Of a stretch of 64,000 nt of DNA, positions 9,698 to 16,832 are shown piece by piece (positions within the stretch are counted from its first letter, which is position 1; each line of letters begins with the position of its first letter). The notes under the pieces are model-generated. The model made no database searches. It was given only the letters and a program-made list of their open reading frames with translations, and was not told the origin of the DNA. A program made the translations under genes and the position numbers. Origin of the DNA: an uncultured Clostridia bacterium (GTDB lineage: Bacteria > Bacillota > Clostridia > Christensenellales > UBA1242); NCBI GenBank assembly GCA_947628205.1, contig CANQYX010000002.1, positions 4,975-68,974 of the forward strand, read 5' to 3'.

Positions 9698-10316
9698 ATT
9701 TTGCTTGCTTGTCGGCTAGGTTTTTGAGGAATGATAGACGGTGAATTGGTGTTATGCCGAACTTATTTATGGCCTCATAATGCTTTTTTGTGCCGTAACC
9801 AACGTTATTTTCAAAATCATAGTTTGGATAGGTTTTGGCGTATTCTGCCATCAATTTGTCACGATAAACTTTTGCAACAATTGATGCGCAAGCAATGGCG
9901 TAACTTGTGGCATCGCCGTGAATTATTGATTTTTCATTTTCTGCAACATGCAATTTAACAGCGTCAATTAAAAGCAAATCTGGCTTTACAACAAGTTTTT
10001 GATAACTTTCTTTCATTGCCTCGATTGTAGCTTGCAGGATATTAATTTGGTCTATGCACTGATTGTCGCGTTCGGTGATGGAAACTGCCAATGCCTTATT
10101 TAAAATTTGTTTATTTAGTTCCTCTCGCTTTTTTGCGGAAAGTTTTTTGCTATCAAAAACACCATCTATCATTTCGTCATAAGGCATAACCACGCAAGCG
10201 GTTACAACCGGACCAGCAAGCGGGCCGCGCCCAACTTCATCAATGCCGGCAATTGTTTTGATGTTCTTGTTTAATAGATGCTTGTCATATTCAAAAATTT
10301 CTTTTGTGTTTATCAT
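9696..10316 (-). CDS. rnhB: Ribonuclease HII
   Basis: GIDEVGRGPLAGPVV catalytic motif. Start moved to the ATG at 10316 (AAGGA SD); the track ORF extends to 10355. Confidence 0.9.
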   Translation of the reverse strand: MINTKEIFEYDKHLLNKNIKTIAGIDEVGRGPLAGPVVTACVVMPYDEMIDGVFDSKKLSAKKREELNKQILNKALAVSITERDNQCIDQINILQATIEAMKESYQKLVVKPDLLLIDAVKLHVAENEKSIIHGDATSYAIACASIVAKVYRDKLMAEYAKTYPNYDFENNVGYGTKKHYEAINKFGITPIHRLSFLKNLADKQAK

Positions 10317-10357
10317 ATTGTCCTTTTTTATTTTTTTGTTAAGATATCCATGCAATT

Positions 10358-10531
10358 GAGATACACTCCACTCGCTTTATACCCCACCGCGAAGCAAGTT
10401 CTTATGGGGACCCCGAATTTACCCCACTGCGAAGCAAGTTCTTGTGGGGACCCCGAACGCTCGGTTGGTATGACATGACACATTTATTTTATTGCGAGGC
10501 AACTTGACCATCAAGTTGGCGTGGCAATCTC
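10358..10531. repeat. Composite repeat: a GAGATAC-type element carrying two tandem CCCCAC...GTGGGG hairpin modules, followed by an inverted GAGATTGCC-type element
   Basis: gagatacactccactcgct, then two ~40-nt modules (about 10377-10417 and 10418-10457), then cgctcggttggtatgaca (to 10475). 10491-10531 attgcgaggcaacttgaccatcaagttggcgtggcaatctc is the reverse complement of the core of the 12738 copy. Confidence 0.85.
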
Positions 10532-10534
10532 AAA

Positions 10535-11368
10535 TTATTCTAAACAAATTTTGCCGAGTTTACCAGTTCTAAAATCGGTTAGCAAAATTTTTGCCGCGCG
10601 CTCCAAATCAATTTCTCCGCCTTTAACAACGCATCCGCGCTTTTTGCCAATTTGATTTAGTATGTCTATATTTTGAGTATTTTCATTATATACTACACTG
10701 TATTTTGTATTCAAAATGTTTTTATCAATTAAATTTAAGCGATTAATTAGTTCGGTTGCAACCTCTACTAAATTTAGAACTTCGTCTTTAACCGAACCAA
10801 TGATGGCAAGGTTATATGCCTTTTGTTCATCATCAAAATTTGGCAAGAGCACGCCCGGAGTGTCCATAAACTCAATGTTTTCGCTGACCTTAATCCACTG
10901 CTTAGATTTGGTTACGCCGGCGCGGTTACCGGTTACTGCGCGCGCCTTTTTACAAAGATTGTTGACAATTGTGGACTTGCCCGAATTTGGAACGCCAAGT
11001 ACCATTGCGCGCGTTATGAAATTTGCACCTTTAAGTTTGTTTTGCGCTAGCCTAGATTTAAAGATTTTGTTTATTGCATCGATTATAACTTTTGAATTTC
11101 CGCTAACTGTGGCATTAAGGCTAACGCACTGCTGCCCTTGCGAGGTGAAATAATTTTTAAATTTGTCTATGGCAGGTTTGTCAACCAAATCTGCCTTGTT
11201 TAGAACATAAATAATTGGCTTATCTTTAACCACCTTTAAAAATTCTGGGTTAATGCAACTTGTTGGGCAACGTGCATCCAAAACATAAACGAAACAATCG
11301 CAAAGTTTGCTATCGCTTTGCATTTGCTTTAATGTTTTGTTCATGTGCCCCGGAAACCAATTTATCAT
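10535..11368 (-). CDS. rbgA: Ribosome biogenesis GTPase A (RbgA/YlqF)
   Basis: MINWFPGHMNK start, circularly permuted GTPase motifs (LNKADL...GVPNSGKST...DTPG). Confidence 0.9.
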   Translation of the reverse strand: MINWFPGHMNKTLKQMQSDSKLCDCFVYVLDARCPTSCINPEFLKVVKDKPIIYVLNKADLVDKPAIDKFKNYFTSQGQQCVSLNATVSGNSKVIIDAINKIFKSRLAQNKLKGANFITRAMVLGVPNSGKSTIVNNLCKKARAVTGNRAGVTKSKQWIKVSENIEFMDTPGVLLPNFDDEQKAYNLAIIGSVKDEVLNLVEVATELINRLNLIDKNILNTKYSVVYNENTQNIDILNQIGKKRGCVVKGGEIDLERAAKILLTDFRTGKLGKICLE

Positions 11369-11440
11369 AATTTTATATTAGCACAAAATTTTATTTTTTC
11401 AAACTATTTATAAAAAATAAAAAAAACAAAAATTGGCAAC

Positions 11441-11467
11441 AAAAAAACTGCGCTAATTTGCAGTTTT
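11441..11467 (-). terminator. Rho-independent terminator after trmD
   Basis: actgcgctaatttgcagt hairpin flanked by A-run/T-run; on the minus strand it is followed by T7. Confidence 0.6.
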
Positions 11468-11540
11468 AAAAATAATTTAATCATATTTTTAAATTACTTA
11501 GATTTTTGTATTTTTTATTTTATTTTGAATCTGCTTAATT

Positions 11541-12218
11541 TTATTTTTTCAAATTTTTTTTCAATAAATCTGGGCGGTTGCGCTGGGTGATTTCTAGTGA
11601 TTGTTGTTCGCGGAACTCTTTAATTTTTTTATGGTTGCCATTTAAAAGCACTTCTGGCACGGATAAATCTCTAAAAACTGCTGGGCGGGTGTATTGATTA
11701 TATTCAAGCAAACCATTAGAAAAACTTTCTTCTTGCGTGCTTTCCGCCGTTATTGCGTCTGGCAAAAGGCGGATGACCGCATCTGCCACCACCATTGCTG
11801 GCAGTTCGCCACCCGTTAGCACATAATCGCCAATCGAAAGTTCTTGAACTTTAAAATAATCTAAAACGCGCTGGTCTATGCCCTCATAATGCCCACAAAT
11901 TAAGATGATGTGTTTAAATTCTTTCATTTCATTGGCTTTTTCTTGGCAAAAAACGCTGCCGCGTGGGGACATGTAAAAAATTTTGGAACCGCGCTTTTTA
12001 ACGCTTTCAATTGCCTTAAAAAGTGGCTCGCACATCATAACCATGCCGGCGCCACCGCCAAAAGGCTCGTCGTCGCATTTATAGTGTGGCGGAGCGGCAA
12101 AATCACGAATATTGATAATGTTAATTTCGGCAACGCCCTTTTCCACCGCGCGCTTAATTATGCTTTCTTTTAGCGGCGCAAACATTTCTGGGAATAAGGT
12201 TAAAATATCTATTTTCAT
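11541..12218 (-). CDS. trmD: tRNA (guanine37-N1)-methyltransferase TrmD
   Basis: MKIDILTLFPEMF...DDEPFGGGAGMVM...LICGHYEGIDQRV, the classic TrmD motifs. Confidence 0.95.
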   Translation of the reverse strand: MKIDILTLFPEMFAPLKESIIKRAVEKGVAEINIINIRDFAAPPHYKCDDEPFGGGAGMVMMCEPLFKAIESVKKRGSKIFYMSPRGSVFCQEKANEMKEFKHIILICGHYEGIDQRVLDYFKVQELSIGDYVLTGGELPAMVVADAVIRLLPDAITAESTQEESFSNGLLEYNQYTRPAVFRDLSVPEVLLNGNHKKIKEFREQQSLEITQRNRPDLLKKNLKK

Positions 12219-12219
12219 G

Positions 12220-12720
12220 TTACACCCTTACATCTTCAAACCTTTGTTGGTTGATTATAAATGCTTCTAGTTCGGCGTTATATTCAATTATGTCATCAAC
12301 GAAAGGTATTTGATAACTAACCGCACCTGAGCGGATTGTTAGCACTACGCTTGCGCCATAATCGTCAAAATCCACCATCGTGCCGAGTTCTTCGCCGCGC
12401 TCGTTTAAAACCGGCTTGTTGACCAAATCTGACAAATACAATTTGTCTTTAAGTTCGGCATAGTTTGCCCTATCCACAAAAACCGACTGATTTTTGAGTT
12501 TTTCTGCCGCATCGATATTGGGCGCGATGTCCAACCCAATTGAATACGCATCGCCATTAAGTGGCTGGCAATTTGTGATTTTGGCTTTGGTGAGTTTTTC
12601 ACCCACAAAAACATCTTTAAATATAGAAAAATTCACGCCATCAAGGTAACTTAAAATTTTAACTGCACCTTTAATGCCGTGAGTTCGCACAATTTTGCCA
12701 ATTTCTAAAAGATTTTGCAT
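12220..12720 (-). CDS. rimM: 16S rRNA processing protein RimM
   Basis: 166 aa. IGKIVRTHGIKGAVK N-terminus and a PRC-barrel C-terminus. The rimM-trmD pair is conserved. Confidence 0.88.
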   Translation of the reverse strand: MQNLLEIGKIVRTHGIKGAVKILSYLDGVNFSIFKDVFVGEKLTKAKITNCQPLNGDAYSIGLDIAPNIDAAEKLKNQSVFVDRANYAELKDKLYLSDLVNKPVLNERGEELGTMVDFDDYGASVVLTIRSGAVSYQIPFVDDIIEYNAELEAFIINQQRFEDVRV

Positions 12721-12737
12721 TTTTACCTTTTAATGTG

Positions 12738-12930
12738 GAGATTGCCACGCCAACTTGATGGTCAAGTTGCCTCGCAATGACATTGAGATACACTCCACGC
12801 GTTCGCAATGCTCACTTGGTCGGTATGACATACACAATTGTCATGTTGAGCAAAGCGAAACATCTAGATTCTTCGCTTTTACCCCACTGCGCACAAGTGC
12901 TGGTGGGGACCCCGAACGCTCAGAATGACA
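12738..12930. repeat. Array of four GAGAT...ATGACA repeats (rimM-KH spacer), one with a nested hairpin module
   Basis: 12738-12782 GAGATTGCC type; 12785-12830 GAGATAC type; 12840-12865 inverted ATGTT type; 12866-12930 GAGATTCTT type interrupted by tttaccccactgcgcacaagtgctggtggggaccccgaa. Confidence 0.88.
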
Positions 12931-12945
12931 CGGAAGCGCGAAAAT

Positions 12946-13179
12946 TTATTTTTCTTCAAATTTGATAACTAATCGGTCGTGGCTATTGCCGACAGATTTT
13001 ACAACTGTGCGGATGGCGTTGGCGATTGCGCCGCCCTTGCCAATGACATTGCCTAAATCCTTTTTAGCAACTTTAACTTTAAAAACCTTTGTTTTGCCCT
13101 CGTTAGCTTGAATTTCAACCTGCTCGGGCGCGGAAACAAGATTTTTAACAATGTATTCTAACATTTCTTGCATAGACAA
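12946..13179 (-). CDS. KH domain RNA-binding protein (YlqC family)
   Basis: 77 aa. KVKVAKKDLGNVIGKGGAIANAIRTV contains the KH GxxG motif. It sits between rpsP and rimM as in Bacillus. Confidence 0.85.
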   Translation of the reverse strand: MSMQEMLEYIVKNLVSAPEQVEIQANEGKTKVFKVKVAKKDLGNVIGKGGAIANAIRTVVKSVGNSHDRLVIKFEEK

Positions 13180-13182
13180 CTC

Positions 13183-13476
13183 CTACTTCTTCTTTTTCTT
13201 ATTGTTAGTTTTAGGAACGCTGTTGCCTTTAACTTCCAACACGCCGGCTGTTTGAAGCAACGCCTTAGCGGTTTCGGTTGGCTGTGCGCCATTTTTTAAC
13301 CATGTAAGAGCCAAATCTTTATCTATCTTGATTTCTGCTGGGTTTTTAAGCGGATTGTAAGTGCCAAGTTGAGCAATATATTGCCCATCACGAGCAACGC
13401 GCGCATCTGCAACCACAACACGATAGAATGGGGATTTTTTGTCTCCTAAACGGGTTAATCTAATTTTAACTGCCAT
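13183..13476 (-). CDS. rpsP: 30S ribosomal protein S16
   Basis: [31 protein letters not shown]. Start at the ATG at 13476 with an AAAGGAGAA SD; the track ORF has a 10-aa extension. Confidence 0.93.
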   Translation of the reverse strand: MAVKIRLTRLGDKKSPFYRVVVADARVARDGQYIAQLGTYNPLKNPAEIKIDKDLALTWLKNGAQPTETAKALLQTAGVLEVKGNSVPKTNNKKKKK

Positions 13477-13638
13477 AAATTCTCCTTTTAAATTAAACTT
13501 TATCATCGCAAACGCTTAAAATTCAACTTAACTGTTGTTTATAGTTAGGCGTTTTGCATGCTGTAAAGTTATTTCGCTTTACATTATAACACAAAAATTT
13601 TTATTTGTAAAGGGTTTTTTAAAAATTTTTTAAATGTC

Positions 13639-13666
13639 TTGACAAATTTTATTTTGATGTTATAAT
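13639..13666 (+). promoter_or_regulatory. Near-consensus sigma-A promoter positioned for a leaderless transcript of the 13673 ORF
   Basis: TTGACA (13639-13644), a 16-nt spacer, then TGtTATAAT (-10 at 13661-13666). Only gaactt separates the -10 from the ATG at 13673, and there is no SD. Confidence 0.55.
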
Positions 13667-13672
13667 GAACTT

Positions 13673-14182
13673 ATGGAAGAAAATAACGAACTTTATGAGC
13701 AGTATTTTGAGCAAGTTGTGCACATGTTGGACAATAATGATGTGTTTGAGGAGTTCGATAGCCCAATCAACAACATAAGCACGGAGTTGGCAGCTCAAAC
13801 AAATGCTTATGTTAAAACTATTTGTAAAGATGCCAAATTTAATAATTATATTTTTGCAATTTCGGCGTTGATTACACTGAACATGATGTGCAAAAGGTCT
13901 AATAAATTTTCTGACAGTGACATAGAATTATATGAATTGCCAATTTTCAACGGCTTTTATATCGACACAATTGATTTTGCAAAATACTTTAGCGATTTAT
14001 CTGGCGTAAACCTTGACGACACCTTGCTATATGGTTTTGCTTATGCAAATTACAGCATGAGTTTGGCGGATGAAGATAAAAAACGTTTGAATTTTTATAA
14101 AAAGGAATTGGTAAAACCTCTTAGCAAATATTTTATAAAAGAATATAAATCTGCACGCAAAGCAAGAAGAATTATATATTAA
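13673..14182 (+). CDS. Hypothetical protein (169 aa), no recognisable motif
   Basis: A long ORF on the strand opposite the flanking ffh and rpsP, with its own strong promoter. No motif recognised. Confidence 0.55.
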   Translation: MEENNELYEQYFEQVVHMLDNNDVFEEFDSPINNISTELAAQTNAYVKTICKDAKFNNYIFAISALITLNMMCKRSNKFSDSDIELYELPIFNGFYIDTIDFAKYFSDLSGVNLDDTLLYGFAYANYSMSLADEDKKRLNFYKKELVKPLSKYFIKEYKSARKARRIIY

Positions 14183-14213
14183 AAAAAGAGTTAATTTCCC
14201 TTTTTTTGTTTAT

Positions 14214-15560
14214 TTAGCCACCCATAAGTTTGCGCATCATTGCCATTTTGCCACCATAGGCTTTTGGGTTTTTAAGCATGCGCATTATTTCTTTGCTTTG
14301 ATTAAACTGCTTTAAAAGTGTGTTCACATCGTTGACAGAAACGCCTGCGCCCTTTGCAATGCGTTGGCGGCGGCTGCCGTTGATTATATCTGGATTTTGG
14401 CGTTCTTTGGCAGTCATTGATTGAATTATTGCCTTGTTTTTTTCTAGCATTTTGTCGTCAATCATATTTTCTAGTTGCTTCATTTTGCCGCTAACGCCCG
14501 GCATCATAGACAGAACGGCTTTCAATCCACCCATTTTTTTGAGCGAATTGACTTGCTCAATATAATCATTAAGGTCAAAACTATTTTCGCGGAATTTGCG
14601 TTCCATTTCTTTGGCGGTTTGCTCGTCTACCGCCTCTTGTGCCTTATCTATAAGCGTTAAAACGTCGCCCATGCCAAGAATGCGCGAAGCCATGCGGTCG
14701 GGATAGAATGGCTCTAAGTCAGTCAACTTTTCGCCCACGCCCACAAATTTTATTGGTTTGCCAATAACCGAACGAATTGAAAGTGCTGCGCCGCCGCGAG
14801 TGTCGCCATCCGTTTTGGTGAGAACAACGCCAGTTACATCAAGTGCGTCATTAAATGCTTTAGAAACTGCCACTGCCTCTTGGCCAATCATGGCATCAAT
14901 TACAAGCAAAATTTCGGTTGGATTGATGGCCTTTTTAATTTCTTTAAGTTCATCCATCAACTTTTCGTCTATCTGCAAGCGGCCGGCAGTATCAATAATA
15001 ACAGTATCTAACGCAAATTTGTTGGCATAATCGATGGCCTCTTTAACCGTTTTAACTGGGTTATTTGTGCCGCGCTCAAAAACTTCAATTTGAATTGATT
15101 TGCCAAGAACTTTAAGTTGGTCTATTGCCGCTGGGCGGTAAATATCACACGCAACTAAAAGCGGTTTTTTGTTTTCCTTTTTAAGTTTAAGGGCAAGTTT
15201 GCCGCACAACGTGGTTTTGCCGCTGCCCTGCAAGCCACACATCATAATTATTGTTGGCGGTTTTGGGCTGACGTTTAGTTTTTGGTTATCGCCGCCCATA
15301 AGCGTGGTTAATTCGTCGCGCACAATCTTTATGACCTGCTGAGTTGGGGTTAGGCTTTTTAAAATTTCCTCCCCCTGTGCCTTTTCGCTGACCTTGTTTA
15401 TAAAATCCTTAGCAACGGTGTAGTTTACATCCGCCTCTAAAAGCGCAACGCGGATTTCGCGCATTGCCTCTTTAATTTCAAGCGCGGTTAGTTTGCCGTG
15501 CTTGGTAAGTTTGCTAAAAATATGGTTTAATCGTTCGCTTAAATTTGAAAAGAAAGCCAT
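14214..15560 (-). CDS. ffh: Signal recognition particle protein Ffh (SRP54)
   Basis: GLQGSGKTT, DTAGR and TKTDGDTRGGAALS GTPase motifs with a Met-rich C-terminal M domain. Confidence 0.95.
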   Translation of the reverse strand: MAFFSNLSERLNHIFSKLTKHGKLTALEIKEAMREIRVALLEADVNYTVAKDFINKVSEKAQGEEILKSLTPTQQVIKIVRDELTTLMGGDNQKLNVSPKPPTIIMMCGLQGSGKTTLCGKLALKLKKENKKPLLVACDIYRPAAIDQLKVLGKSIQIEVFERGTNNPVKTVKEAIDYANKFALDTVIIDTAGRLQIDEKLMDELKEIKKAINPTEILLVIDAMIGQEAVAVSKAFNDALDVTGVVLTKTDGDTRGGAALSIRSVIGKPIKFVGVGEKLTDLEPFYPDRMASRILGMGDVLTLIDKAQEAVDEQTAKEMERKFRENSFDLNDYIEQVNSLKKMGGLKAVLSMMPGVSGKMKQLENMIDDKMLEKNKAIIQSMTAKERQNPDIINGSRRQRIAKGAGVSVNDVNTLLKQFNQSKEIMRMLKNPKAYGGKMAMMRKLMGG

Positions 15561-15907
15561 TAATTGTCCTCCAAAATAGATAAAATTTTCTTTATGTCCG
15601 CCTGAGTGAGTGCGGTTTTATCTATAAGTATTTTCTTTATTTTAGCATCTCGGGCAAAAAAATGCAAGTTATTTTCATAGGTTTGCAGCGTGGTTATGGC
15701 TTTATCTAACCCGTCCTTAACCGCTTGGCGAGTGATATTAAGCTCCTCACCCACTTCGGCCAGCGAAAGATTATTGTCCACATACATTGCAACAATTTGG
15801 CGTTGCTTTTCGGTTAGTAGGCAACCATAATATTTTGTTAAAACTGAAATTTTTACTCTATCGTTTATGTTCATATTGATTTTAAAAACGGAAAGTGGCT
15901 TAGACAC
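15560..15907 (-). CDS. ylxM: YlxM family (UPF0122) helix-turn-helix protein
   Basis: LLTEKQRQIVAMYVDNNLSLAEVGEELNITRQAVKD sigma-70 region-4-like HTH. Sits between ftsY and ffh. The true start could be the internal MNIND (15874). Confidence 0.8.
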   Translation of the reverse strand: MSKPLSVFKINMNINDRVKISVLTKYYGCLLTEKQRQIVAMYVDNNLSLAEVGEELNITRQAVKDGLDKAITTLQTYENNLHFFARDAKIKKILIDKTALTQADIKKILSILEDN

Positions 15908-16771
15908 TTACATTAGGATTTTATCTACGAAGTTGTTGGCATCGAAAAGAGACAAATCGTCCACCCCCTCGCCAAAGCCGGTGAAAATGATTGGCACTTT
16001 AAGGTCGTTAATTATTGGATAAACCACCCCGCCTTTACTTGTGCCGTCAAGTTTTGTTAGCACAATGCCATCTATCTGCACGCTATCTTTAAATGCTTTA
16101 ACTTGCGCAATTGAGTTTTGACCGATTGAAGCATCTAGCACAATTAGGTTTAAAAAGTTAGCGGTTGGATATTCGCGCTTGGCAACGTTGTTGATTTTTT
16201 CAAGCTCTTTCATAAGATTTGTTTTAGTGTGCAATCTGCCGGCAGTATCTACAATAAGCACATCCATATTTTTGGCTTTCATGCTGGTTATGGCGTCAAA
16301 CACAACTGACGCACTATCCGCACCTTCGCCTTGTTTGATTATTTTAACCTTCAATTTTTCCGCCCAAGTGTTAAGTTGCTCGGTTGCTGCTGCGCGGAAA
16401 GTATCCCCCGCCGCTAGCAAAACTGACTTTTTGTTTTTTGTAAAAAATTTGGTCATTTTAGCAATGGTGGTGGTTTTGCCCACACCATTTACACCCACAA
16501 CTGTAATTATTAGCGGATAGGAAAAATTTATGTCTTGAACATTCAATTTGTCAATTAAAATTTGTTTAAGTTCGGCTTGTGCGCGCTCGGTGTCCTTAAT
16601 CAATTTTTGCTTACAAGTGTCGCGCAACTCGTCCATTATGTCCATGGCGGTTTCCACGCCCATATCCGACGAAACAAGTAGCGCTTCTAGTTCATCATAA
16701 AAATCATCATCTAGTTCGGTGTGCTTAAAAGTGTATTTTAACTTTTCAAAAAACTTTTTAAATATTCCCAT
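15908..16771 (-). CDS. ftsY: Signal recognition particle receptor FtsY
   Basis: GVNGVGKTTT, DTAGRLH and TKLDGTSKGG motifs. Start set to the ATG at 16771 (GGAG SD); the track ORF extends to 16798. Confidence 0.92.
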   Translation of the reverse strand: MGIFKKFFEKLKYTFKHTELDDDFYDELEALLVSSDMGVETAMDIMDELRDTCKQKLIKDTERAQAELKQILIDKLNVQDINFSYPLIITVVGVNGVGKTTTIAKMTKFFTKNKKSVLLAAGDTFRAAATEQLNTWAEKLKVKIIKQGEGADSASVVFDAITSMKAKNMDVLIVDTAGRLHTKTNLMKELEKINNVAKREYPTANFLNLIVLDASIGQNSIAQVKAFKDSVQIDGIVLTKLDGTSKGGVVYPIINDLKVPIIFTGFGEGVDDLSLFDANNFVDKILM

Positions 16772-16832
16772 TGTTACTCCATATATTGTGTAAAACACTT
16801 GCTAAATACACAGCATTTAGCAAGTGAAAATT

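Noticed and set aside
10278-10478. Small ORFs 10278-10478, 12777-12965 and 26660-26914, and the N-terminal extension of the HIT ORF.
   Set aside because: Their 'coding' sequence is made of GAGAT...ATGACA repeats and hairpin modules. This is repeat-derived read-through, not genes.
9523-12930. Considered whether the dispersed repeat arrays are CRISPR arrays.
   Set aside because: The repeats are of several subtypes, occur in both orientations, have irregular spacing, lack unique spacers of uniform length and have no cas genes nearby.
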